Assembly (NCBI GenBank): GCA_903885595.1
Contig: CAISJJ010000158.1
Span: 3,984 to 67,983 of the forward strand
Direction: 5' to 3'
From: an uncultured Bacteroidales bacterium
GTDB taxonomy: Bacteria; Bacteroidota; Bacteroidia; Bacteroidales; FEN-979
Length of the DNA: 64,000 nucleotides
How positions within the stretch are numbered: the stretch's first letter is position 1; every line of letters starts with the position of its first letter. The notes under the pieces are model-generated. The model ran no database searches and was not told where the DNA came from. It worked only from the letters and a program-made list of their open reading frames with translations. The position numbers and the translations under genes are program-made. Shown in pieces: positions 27,404-34,972 of the stretch.

Positions 27404-29248
27404 CTACTTTAATTCCACTATCATCGCTGATTTCCCCGGCACGGTCAGTTTCGACAGATCGTTCAGGGAATTCCCTGTAATGATATCGGTTCCTGATTGG
27501 TGATGTTTCAAAAATTCATCATACCGGCTGGTTTCAATGGTTTTCGGATCTTCATTGTTGTTCAGAACCACCATAATGGCATCTTTTGCATTGTACTTAT
27601 AATAAACGTAGATACCATCGCGCGGAATAAAATGTCTGAATTTTCCGGATTGCAACACCTTACTCGATTTACGGTACTGAAGCAGCCTCTGAAGATAATC
27701 GAACATGTCGTTTTCCTTGTCGGTGCGGCCTTGCGCAGTGAATGCATCGCGAGCATCGCCTGGCCAGCCGCCGGGAAAATCCTTGCGTTTCATGCCATCG
27801 CCTTTATCCTCGCCAGTGGTCATCAAACTCTCGGTACCATAGTACAACTGAGGAATTCCGCGGGTAGTCAAAACAAATGCCATCGCCATTTTCAGCTTCC
27901 TTACGTCGTCGTTCTGTGTGTCTAGATAGCGGTTTACATCGTGATTCTCGGCAAAAACTACCACGTTCGATGGGTTTGGATAGGAAAAATCCTGGGTTAA
28001 AATGTCGAACAGCCTGGTAATGCCTGAATTCCAGCCTTCAGCTTCATTGAAAGACTTGTTCATGGCATCGTAAAGCGGGAAATCAAATACCGAAGGCAAA
28101 TACGAATTATACCCGTCCTTGTTAAGGGCATCTTTTTGCCAGTATGCCACAGCCGAAGGGTAGTTCATCCAGCATTCTCCTACGGTGTTAAAGTTGGGAT
28201 ATTCTTCTAAGAGACGCTTGCCCCATTCAGCCATCATGTCCTTGTATGGATAGGGGTGGGTATCCTGTCTGATACCGTCAAGTCCGGCATATTCGATCCA
28301 CCAGATGCTGTTCTGGATGAGGTAGTTCTTCAGAAATGGATTGTGCTGGTTCAGGTCGGGCATGGTTTTGTCGAACCATCCGCGAACGAATTGTATCGAA
28401 TCAAATTGTGAAGCATAGGGATCGGAAGCCGTGCCGGTACGGTAATTCGATCGGGTAAATTCCGGCCATTCGTTGAGCCAGTCTGACGAAGGCAGGTCTT
28501 TTATCCACCAATGCTCACTTCCGCAGTGGTTGAAAACCATGTCCATGATCAGTTTCATGCCACGCTGATGAATGGCTTCTCCCAGATTGACATAATCTTC
28601 ATTTGTTCCGAAACGGGGATCGATTTTATAATAATCGGTGGTTGAGTAACCATGATAAGAATATTTTGGCTGGTTATTTTCAAGCAATGGATTTATCCAC
28701 AAAGATGTGACCCCTAAATCTTTGAGATAATCAAGATGATCGGCGATCCCTTTGATATCGCCACCGTGACGGCCATCCTTGTTGCCGCGATCGACCGGTT
28801 CGGTCATTCCGGGAAGATTGTCATTCGACACATCACCATTGGCAAACCGGTCAGGCATGATCAGGTAAATTACATCGGCCGTAGTAAATCCCTTACGTTC
28901 TGCTGAACCTTTCTTCCTGGCTTTCAATTCATAGAGGTACTTGCCAACTACCTTATCCTTTGATTTAAAAAGGATTGTGGCAATACCAGCCCTTGTTCCT
29001 TTGCTGATGGTCACATCGATGAACATATAATTAGGATTGGCAACCTTATGGATTTTTTTAACCACCATCCCCGCATAATCGATCGAAACAGTTGCCGATG
29101 CAATGTTTTTACCATAAACCAGCAGCTGAACATCCGGGTTTTTAAAACCAGTCCACCAGAATTTCGGTTCAACACGATCAAGTTTGATATCCTGAGAAAA
29201 AAGGCTTACCGGCAATAGGAGCAGGAATAATAGGATTTGTCTGTTCAT
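27404..29248 (-). CDS. SusA-like GH13 neopullulanase/cyclomaltodextrinase, periplasmic
   Basis: The track start (GTG at 29281) lies inside a repeat; the ATG at 29248 gives the signal peptide MNRQILLFLLLLPVSLFSQ. N-domain LDRVEPKFWWTGFKNPDVQLLVYG. GH13 regions MPDRFANGD, KLIMDMVFNHCG, DGIRQDTHPYP, VGECWM, FAENHDVNRY. Confidence 0.9.
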   Translation of the reverse strand: MNRQILLFLLLLPVSLFSQDIKLDRVEPKFWWTGFKNPDVQLLVYGKNIASATVSIDYAGMVVKKIHKVANPNYMFIDVTISKGTRAGIATILFKSKDKVVGKYLYELKARKKGSAERKGFTTADVIYLIMPDRFANGDVSNDNLPGMTEPVDRGNKDGRHGGDIKGIADHLDYLKDLGVTSLWINPLLENNQPKYSYHGYSTTDYYKIDPRFGTNEDYVNLGEAIHQRGMKLIMDMVFNHCGSEHWWIKDLPSSDWLNEWPEFTRSNYRTGTASDPYASQFDSIQFVRGWFDKTMPDLNQHNPFLKNYLIQNSIWWIEYAGLDGIRQDTHPYPYKDMMAEWGKRLLEEYPNFNTVGECWMNYPSAVAYWQKDALNKDGYNSYLPSVFDFPLYDAMNKSFNEAEGWNSGITRLFDILTQDFSYPNPSNVVVFAENHDVNRYLDTQNDDVRKLKMAMAFVLTTRGIPQLYYGTESLMTTGEDKGDGMKRKDFPGGWPGDARDAFTAQGRTDKENDMFDYLQRLLQYRKSSKVLQSGKFRHFIPRDGIYVYYKYNAKDAIMVVLNNNEDPKTIETSRYDEFLKHHQSGTDIITGNSLNDLSKLTVPGKSAMIVELK

Positions 29249-29268
29249 GGGGGAATATTTAATTTTTA

Positions 29269-29307
29269 CCGCAGAGAACACGGAGAAATCCGCAGAGGTC
29301 CACAGAG
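29269..29307. repeat. Left inverted word array of GxxExxY cassette 1 (ccgcagagaacacggagaaatccgcagaggtccacagag)
   Basis: Abuts the GxxExxY stop codon. It is inverted relative to 29699-29726 (ctctgcgccttctctgcgtcctctgcgg). Confidence 0.75.
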
Positions 29308-29685
29308 TTAATAGTTATTTACAACGCGTTTTATTCCGTTTGTCAGCTTCACAACATTAAAGTTAATAAGAAGTCCCACTTTGCAATTTGAAAGTCGCAT
29401 ATAAGTGAGTATTTGAGCAAGATGTATATCGTTTATAGAATCCACGGATTTGATTTCAATAATTACCTTTTTATTTGCCATGAAGTCTAATCTGTATCCG
29501 CAATCCAACTTCACATCTTCATAAATTAATGGTAAGGGCTTTTGTCGGTCAATTTCCAGAGTAGTCTTCCTCAGTTCATAATACAGGCATTCTTCATAGG
29601 CCGACTCTAATAACCCTGGGCCTATCGCCCTATGGACCTTGATTGCACATCCAATGATTTGTTCGGTAATTTCATTTTCAGTCAT
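29308..29685 (-). CDS. GxxExxY family protein (PD-(D/E)XK nuclease-like fold)
   Basis: 125 aa. EQIIGCAIKVHRAIGPGLLESAYEECL (the GxxExxY motif), DFMANKKVIIEIKS, QILTYMRLSNCKVGLLINF. Confidence 0.85.
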   Translation of the reverse strand: MTENEITEQIIGCAIKVHRAIGPGLLESAYEECLYYELRKTTLEIDRQKPLPLIYEDVKLDCGYRLDFMANKKVIIEIKSVDSINDIHLAQILTYMRLSNCKVGLLINFNVVKLTNGIKRVVNNY

Positions 29686-29694
29686 CCGGATATT

Positions 29695-31236
29695 TTATCT
29701 CTGCGCCTTCTCTGCGTCCTCTGCGGTTTTTTTAATTTTTAATTTCTTCGTCCTTCCATACAACACAGTCAGATGCGCCAGCCTTTCGGTGAGGGCATCG
29801 GTAAAATCACCCGCAACGGCGCGCCATTGCCAGTTGTTCACCGTGGTTCCGGGCAGATTCATTCGTGCCGGTGTATCCAGTCCAAGCAAATCCTGCATGG
29901 GGACGATCGCAGTTAAGGCCACCGACGACCATGCAAGACGGATGAACGACCAATGGATATCCGTTTCATTGGTGGTCAGATAATCCAGAACATATTTACG
30001 GTCTTCAGGGGTTGCATTTTTAAACCATCCGACTACGGTATCATTGTCGTGGGTCCCGGTATATACAATACAATTTTTAACGTAGTTATGCGGGATGTAG
30101 TCATTCGCTTCCGATGAATCAAAAGCGAATTGCAGTATTTTCATTCCGGGAAGGTTGAATCCGTCGCGCAGTTCTTCGACATCCGGGGTAATCACCCCCA
30201 GATCTTCGGCAATGATTGGCAGATCGCCGAATTCAGCCCCTAAAACATCAAAGAATTCTTTTCCCGGGCATGGTATCCATTCGCCCTTAATAGCCGTTTT
30301 TTCGGAGTATGGCACCGCCCAGTAGGCTGCAAATCCGCGGAAATGGTCGATACGGATGATGTCGTACAGGAAAAGGTTGGTCTTGATACGCTCAATCCAC
30401 CACCGGTAGCCTGTTTCCTTTAACACATCCCAGCGAAAAAGCGGATTTCCCCAAAGCTGGCCGGTTTCACTGAAATAGTCGGGAGGAACACCTCCGACCC
30501 TGATAGGGTTGAGTTCGCTGTCAAATTCAAAGATTTCAGGGTTGGCCCAGGCATCGGCGCTGTCGAGCGCAACATACAATGGAATATCGCCGATGATCTT
30601 CACTTTATGATTGTGTGCATATTCCTTTACTGCCATCCATTGCCTGAAAAAAAGGAACTGCATGAATTTATGAAAATCGATCTCCTCATGCAACAAAGCC
30701 TGGATCGCTTTCAGCGCTTGGGGATCACGTTTTTTTAAAGGATCCTCCCATAAATACCATGGATTCTGATGACGATTTGCCTTGATTGCACGGAAAATCG
30801 CATAATCATTGATCCATTTTGCGTGATCTTTCAGAAAGTTACGATAGGCTAACTTTTCGACATTGTCAGCATAAAGGATAAATGATTGGAAAGCCTTTTT
30901 AAGCAAGGGGAGTCTGGTTTGCTGAACAGCTTCATAATCAATTGTGTGGTCGTTAAAATGGGGATAATCTTTCATGTCTTCTGCATGAAGCAACCTTTCT
31001 TTTACCAGGATATCCAGGTCAATCAGGTTCGGATTCCCGGCATGCGATGAAAAACATTGGTAGGGGGAGTCAGCATAACCGGTTGGTCCCAGCGGCAATA
31101 TCTGCCAGTAATGCTGTTTTGCCCTGACTAAGAAGTCGATAAAATTAAGAGCAGATTTTCCAAGTGTGCCAATTCCATATTTTCCAGGTAATGAAGTGGG
31201 ATGCAGTAATATCCCGGATGCGCGTTCAGTGATCAT
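29695..31236 (-). CDS. malQ: 4-alpha-glucanotransferase (amylomaltase, GH77)
   Basis: 513 aa. ERASGILLHPTSLPGKYGIGTLG, IIGDIPLYV, IRIDHFRGF, YTGTHDNDT. The last 10 codons (TAEDAEKAQR) and the stop codon are encoded by the right inverted array of the GxxExxY cassette (29699-29726). Confidence 0.95.
   Translation of the reverse strand: MITERASGILLHPTSLPGKYGIGTLGKSALNFIDFLVRAKQHYWQILPLGPTGYADSPYQCFSSHAGNPNLIDLDILVKERLLHAEDMKDYPHFNDHTIDYEAVQQTRLPLLKKAFQSFILYADNVEKLAYRNFLKDHAKWINDYAIFRAIKANRHQNPWYLWEDPLKKRDPQALKAIQALLHEEIDFHKFMQFLFFRQWMAVKEYAHNHKVKIIGDIPLYVALDSADAWANPEIFEFDSELNPIRVGGVPPDYFSETGQLWGNPLFRWDVLKETGYRWWIERIKTNLFLYDIIRIDHFRGFAAYWAVPYSEKTAIKGEWIPCPGKEFFDVLGAEFGDLPIIAEDLGVITPDVEELRDGFNLPGMKILQFAFDSSEANDYIPHNYVKNCIVYTGTHDNDTVVGWFKNATPEDRKYVLDYLTTNETDIHWSFIRLAWSSVALTAIVPMQDLLGLDTPARMNLPGTTVNNWQWRAVAGDFTDALTERLAHLTVLYGRTKKLKIKKTAEDAEKAQR
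29699..29726. repeat. Right inverted word array of GxxExxY cassette 1
   Basis: ctctgcgccttctctgcgtcctctgcgg, inverted relative to 29269-29307. Lies inside the 3' end of malQ. Confidence 0.75.
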
Positions 31237-31275
31237 TTTCTTTGCAGGATTAATTATTAATGAGGGATAAGAGAT

Positions 31276-31457
31276 TGTTTAAATTTTAACATACTATTCA
31301 TTTTTCTTTATTCATTTTTCACTGGCAATTATCCATTGTACTCTATTCATTAGGTTACCGACTACTGTAAAATGAAAAACGATGAGTGAAGATTGAATAA
31401 TAAAAAACTAATATTTTTCAAGGAGTTACAAATTTCAAAATGAATTTTAAACAGACT
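31276..31457. mobile_element. Dispersed ~182-bp repeat, family B, copy 2 (inverted relative to copy 1)
   Basis: See 11727-11907. Termini tgtttaaatttt... and ...aattttaaaca form an 11-bp imperfect inverted repeat. Flanking trinucleotides are GAT and GAC. Confidence 0.6.
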
Positions 31458-31510
31458 CTAAATAATTTTTAATTTTCGAATATTTTAGACTCAAATGCTT
31501 ATGAACCAGG

Positions 31511-32833
31511 TCAAACAGGCTGCAGTTTGCTGCTTTTTTTATAGGTCACAACGAGAAGAGTGGTCACAGCCGCAATGGCAAAGGAGATTCCTCCGATGAA
31601 CATCGCACTCATGGGTTTACCTTCAAAGAAAAGACCGATAACATACCCGAGCAGGCTTGAAGCAATTACCTGAGGGGCGACAATGAACAGGTTGAATATG
31701 CCCATCATGACACCCAGCTTATCGGCCGGCAGGGCGGGGGTTAGCATGGCATAGGGCATGGAAAGAATGCTTGACCAGGCGATCCCGATGCAGGCCATGG
31801 AAAAGAGTAACCCGTATTTATCAGTCATCCAGGGAATGCTTAGCAGCCCGATGGCGCCAACGGCAAGGCATACGGCATGTATTAGTTTGGGCCCTGTAAA
31901 TTTTGTAACCCGCATAAGCACGAAAGAAAACAAAAAGCAGACTGCATTGTACATGGCGAAACAGAAACCTGCCCAGGCGCCTGAAGCTTCCATTTCCATG
32001 GTGCCTTCGGTAGCGTGAAACACATTACCTGAAATTGCCGGAGAAAAATAGACCCAGAGACAGAACATGCCGATCCAGGTGAAGAACTGAACCAGTCCCA
32101 GTTCCCACATGCGTTTGGGCAGGTGTCCGAAAAGTTTGACGATTTCTCCCATCCCTAAAGTCCAGTCGAACTTTTGCGAACGGATCGCAGCAAGCTCTTT
32201 TTCATCAGGAGGAATTTCTTTGGTGGTGAATACAGTCCACAGAACGGCGCCGATAAATGCAATGGCTCCTATGTAAAACGATAATGTGACGGAGGTGGGA
32301 ATATGACCCTGGCCTGCAGTATCCCGGGCAATTCCAAACCAGTTCGTCATCATCCAGGGAAGCGCAGAGGCGATGGTACCCCCCAGGCCGATGAAAAGTG
32401 ACTGGATGGCAAAACCCTGCGAATTTTGTTCTTCCGGCAGGTTATCGGCCACCATGGCCCGGAAAGGCTGCATGCTGGCATTGATTGTTCCGTCAAGGAC
32501 CCAGAGCAACCCTGCGGCTATCCAGAAGGTTGGTGAATTGGGCATGAACACCAGGGCGAAGGAGGCCAGGATGGCTCCCACCAGGATATATGGCCGGCGG
32601 CGTCCCAGCCTGGTCCAGGTGCGATCGCTTGCCTGTCCGATCAGCGGCTGAATGATGACCCCGGTCACCGGAGCTGCAAGCCAGAGCAGTGCGATCTGAC
32701 TTGGCATGGCGCCTAGATAAGAGTATATTGCGCTCATATTGGCCATCTGCAGTCCCCATCCAAATTGTATCCCCAGGAACCCGAAACTCATGTTCCAGAT
32801 TTGCCAAAAGTTCAATGCAGGTTTTTCCTTCAT
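31511..32833 (-). CDS. MFS sugar:cation symporter (SLC45/GPH-like), paralog 2
   Basis: 440 aa with about 12 TM segments. Motif ASDRTWTRLGRRRPYILVGAI. Confidence 0.85.
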   Translation of the reverse strand: MKEKPALNFWQIWNMSFGFLGIQFGWGLQMANMSAIYSYLGAMPSQIALLWLAAPVTGVIIQPLIGQASDRTWTRLGRRRPYILVGAILASFALVFMPNSPTFWIAAGLLWVLDGTINASMQPFRAMVADNLPEEQNSQGFAIQSLFIGLGGTIASALPWMMTNWFGIARDTAGQGHIPTSVTLSFYIGAIAFIGAVLWTVFTTKEIPPDEKELAAIRSQKFDWTLGMGEIVKLFGHLPKRMWELGLVQFFTWIGMFCLWVYFSPAISGNVFHATEGTMEMEASGAWAGFCFAMYNAVCFLFSFVLMRVTKFTGPKLIHAVCLAVGAIGLLSIPWMTDKYGLLFSMACIGIAWSSILSMPYAMLTPALPADKLGVMMGIFNLFIVAPQVIASSLLGYVIGLFFEGKPMSAMFIGGISFAIAAVTTLLVVTYKKSSKLQPV

Positions 32834-32891
32834 CAGGTTGTTTAATTTTATCAGTTTCAGTGTTCAAAAATAAGAACTTTCTATTACTTTT

Positions 32892-33647
32892 ATGGCCCAA
32901 ATCAAACATATGATCCGAAATCTTTTATTGATCAGCAATTCTACCAATGCCGGCGAGGAATATCTTGCATGGCCTCGCGAACACATCAAGGACTTTCTGT
33001 CGGGTTTTGGTGTGCGAAAGGTACTGTTTATTCCCTATGCAGGTGTGAATCTTTCTTCAGCCAGCATCGAAAAATCATTCGATCTATACGAAGAACGGGT
33101 GAAGAAAATTTTTAAGGAGATGGGATTTGTACTGCATTCTATTCACCGGGAGCCTAACCCGGTAATCGCAGTCAACGAGGCTGAATCAATCGTGATTGGC
33201 GGAGGAAATACATTCCACCTGGCGCTCATGTTGCAGGAATTCGGAGTTATGGAGCCCATCCGGAGGAAGATATTACGGGGTATCCCGTTTGTGGGATGGA
33301 GCGCCGGCGCCAATGTGGCATGTCCATCCATGAAAACCACCAACGACATGCCCATCTGTGAACCACCGTCATTCAATTGTTTGAAGGTGGTTCCCTTTCA
33401 GATCAATCCGCATTATCTCGATGCGAACCCAGCAGGTCATGCCGGGGAAACACGCGAGCAACGCATTCTTGAGTTTTTGACGGTGAATCGTGATATCACG
33501 GTGGTTGGCTTGCGCGAAGGGTGCCTGCTTAAAGTTGCCGGGGATGCGATGAACATGGTTGGCAGCCGGTCGTTAAGGGTATTTCGCTTTGGGATGGAGG
33601 CACAGGAATACCAGGAAAATGAGAATCTTGATTTTTTGCTGGCCTGA
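32892..33647 (+). CDS. pepE: Dipeptidase E (peptidase S51)
   Basis: 251 aa. LLLISNSTNAGEEYL, GGGNTFHL, VGWSAGANV. The alternative start is the ATG at 32910. Confidence 0.8.
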   Translation: MAQIKHMIRNLLLISNSTNAGEEYLAWPREHIKDFLSGFGVRKVLFIPYAGVNLSSASIEKSFDLYEERVKKIFKEMGFVLHSIHREPNPVIAVNEAESIVIGGGNTFHLALMLQEFGVMEPIRRKILRGIPFVGWSAGANVACPSMKTTNDMPICEPPSFNCLKVVPFQINPHYLDANPAGHAGETREQRILEFLTVNRDITVVGLREGCLLKVAGDAMNMVGSRSLRVFRFGMEAQEYQENENLDFLLA

Positions 33648-33659
33648 TTAAAAGTTTCT

Positions 33660-33744
33660 GAACAGGATTTGAAGGATTACAGGATGGACAGGATTAAAAA
33701 GTGTGAGAAGATGATTAAAGGATTACGGGATGGACAGGATGGGG
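33660..33744. repeat. Left inverted array of GxxExxY cassette 2 (about 1.7 copies of a 45-bp unit)
   Basis: gaacaggatttgaaggattacaggatggacaggattaaaaagtgt plus the partial copy gattaaaggattacgggatggacaggatgggg. It is the reverse complement of the units at 34172-34309. Confidence 0.8.
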
Positions 33745-34152
33745 AACGAAGTCGATAAATTGACGCATAAGATTATCGGTTGTGCTATGCAGGTTCATTC
33801 AACATTGGGTAATGGTTTTCAGGAGGTAATTTATCAACGGGCCCTGGCAATTGAACTGAGTTTTCAGGGTCTTTCTTTTGAGCGGGAAAAAGAGATGTAC
33901 ATACATTACAGGGATGTTAAAATAGGGACACGACGGGTTGACTTTTTTGTTGAAGAACAGGTGATGGTTGAACTGAAAGCAGTTGAAAAATTAGAGGGAG
34001 TTCATAAAGCACAGGCAATCAATTATCTGGAGGCTTACAACATGACCGATGGACTATTGATAAATTTTGGTAATACCAGCCTGCAATTCAAGCGGGTATA
34101 CAACAATAAAATGGGCAGCAAGGAACATCTCAAAAATTCAGATCCCAAATAA
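33730..34152 (+). CDS. GxxExxY family protein (PD-(D/E)XK nuclease-like fold)
   Basis: HKIIGCAMQVHSTLGNGFQEVIYQRAL (GxxExxY), DFFVEEQVMVELKA, QAINYLEAYNMTDGLLINF. The first ATG (33730) lies within the repeat; ATG 33739 (MGNEVDKL) is equally likely. Confidence 0.85.
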   Translation: MDRMGNEVDKLTHKIIGCAMQVHSTLGNGFQEVIYQRALAIELSFQGLSFEREKEMYIHYRDVKIGTRRVDFFVEEQVMVELKAVEKLEGVHKAQAINYLEAYNMTDGLLINFGNTSLQFKRVYNNKMGSKEHLKNSDPK

Positions 34153-34171
34153 TCCAATCAATATTTCAGTC

Positions 34172-34309
34172 TAATCATCCTGTCCATCCTGTAATCTTTT
34201 AAATCCTGTTCCGCCATTTTTTAATCCTGCCCATCCTGTAATCCCGAAAATCCTGTTCAGACACTTTTAATCCTGTCCATCCTGTAATCCTTAAATCCTG
34301 TTCAAACAC
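34172..34309. repeat. Right array of GxxExxY cassette 2 (3 tandem copies of the 45-bp unit)
   Basis: Three copies of ttaatcctgtccatcctgtaatcc(n)aaatcctgttc(n)acac, read directly. Confidence 0.85.
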
Positions 34310-34399
34310 TTTTTCCATCTTGTTGAAAACTTTTCCCGCTTTTCGTATTACCTTTGCGATCTAAGCCGGATTAAGCATCAAACCTTAATCCATTAAAAT

Positions 34400-34753
34400 A
34401 TGAAAACACTGAAACAACTATTTTTCACCCTGGTTTTCCTGCTCCCACTGCTGGCTCAGGCCGTGGAGCATGAGATCCCGTTTACCCTCAACGATCGCGA
34501 CCGGATCATCCGCACCGAACAAAAAGTTGAAGCCCTCGATTCAAAAATTGACTCAAAGGTCGATGGGTTTCGCTCAGAAATGAATGCTCGTTTCGAAGCA
34601 GTTGATAAACGGTTCGCTGCCATTAACAGCCGGTTTGATCAGCTATTCAACTTTCTTTGGGCCTTTATCGGCATCTTCACTGCTATGATGGTCAGCGTAT
34701 TCGGTTTTGCCTTCTGGGATCGCAAATTATCATTGACCCCAATGAAAAACTAA
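34400..34753 (+). CDS. Small coiled-coil protein with signal peptide and C-terminal TM helix, possibly interrupted by an in-frame stop
   Basis: 117 aa: MKTLKQLFFTLVFLLPLLAQA..., heptad-like LDSKIDSKVDGFRSEMNARFEAVDKRFAAINSRFDQL, TM helix FLWAFIGIFTAMMVSVFGFAFW. The same frame stays open for 29 further codons after TAA 34751-34753. Confidence 0.55.
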   Translation: MKTLKQLFFTLVFLLPLLAQAVEHEIPFTLNDRDRIIRTEQKVEALDSKIDSKVDGFRSEMNARFEAVDKRFAAINSRFDQLFNFLWAFIGIFTAMMVSVFGFAFWDRKLSLTPMKN

Positions 34754-34843
34754 CAGACCAAAATGCTGAATGCCTTGCGCAATTTTGCCGAACAACAGCC
34801 GAAACTGCAGGAAATCCTGAAAAATGCAGGGTTGATGGGATAA
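34754..34843 (+). other. In-frame open continuation after the TAA stop (QTKMLNALRNFAEQQPKLQEILKNAGLMG*)
   Basis: Codon-by-codon reading in the same frame as 34400..34753, ending at TAA 34841-34843. Confidence 0.5.
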
Positions 34844-34885
34844 AAAAGTTATTGTAAATTCTGAATGGGAAAAAGAGAAACCTGT

Positions 34886-34960
34886 CTCCCCTTCTCCTTG
34901 AGGAGAAGGGGTCAAGGGGATGAGGTGTGCCTTGAAAAGAAGGGGTTAGTGGGATGAGGT
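34886..34960. repeat. Fragmentary family-A-like hairpin repeats between convergent genes
   Basis: cccttctcc-ttg-aggagaaggg-gtcaaggggatgaggtg and gaaggggttagtgggatgaggt resemble one arm of the family A element. Confidence 0.55.
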
Positions 34961-34972
34961 ATATAGGAACAC

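Noticed and set aside
29248-29741. An ancestral malQ-SusA-like fusion implied by the in-frame relationship after conceptual excision of cassette 1
   Set aside because: Deleting 29258-29730 does leave the two reading frames in phase. However, this rests on an AT-rich 11-bp repeat that may be coincidental, and a GH77-GH13 fusion across a signal peptide is biologically implausible.
32892-33647. pepE as a functional member of the starch locus
   Set aside because: It lies on the opposite strand, has an unrelated peptidase function and is bordered by a selfish cassette. It is most likely a neighbouring housekeeping gene.
33660-34309. 45-bp repeats flanking a gene, as a possible CRISPR-like array
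   Set aside because: The repeats are directly tandem or inverted with no spacers and they bracket a coding gene. They are better explained as cassette flanks.
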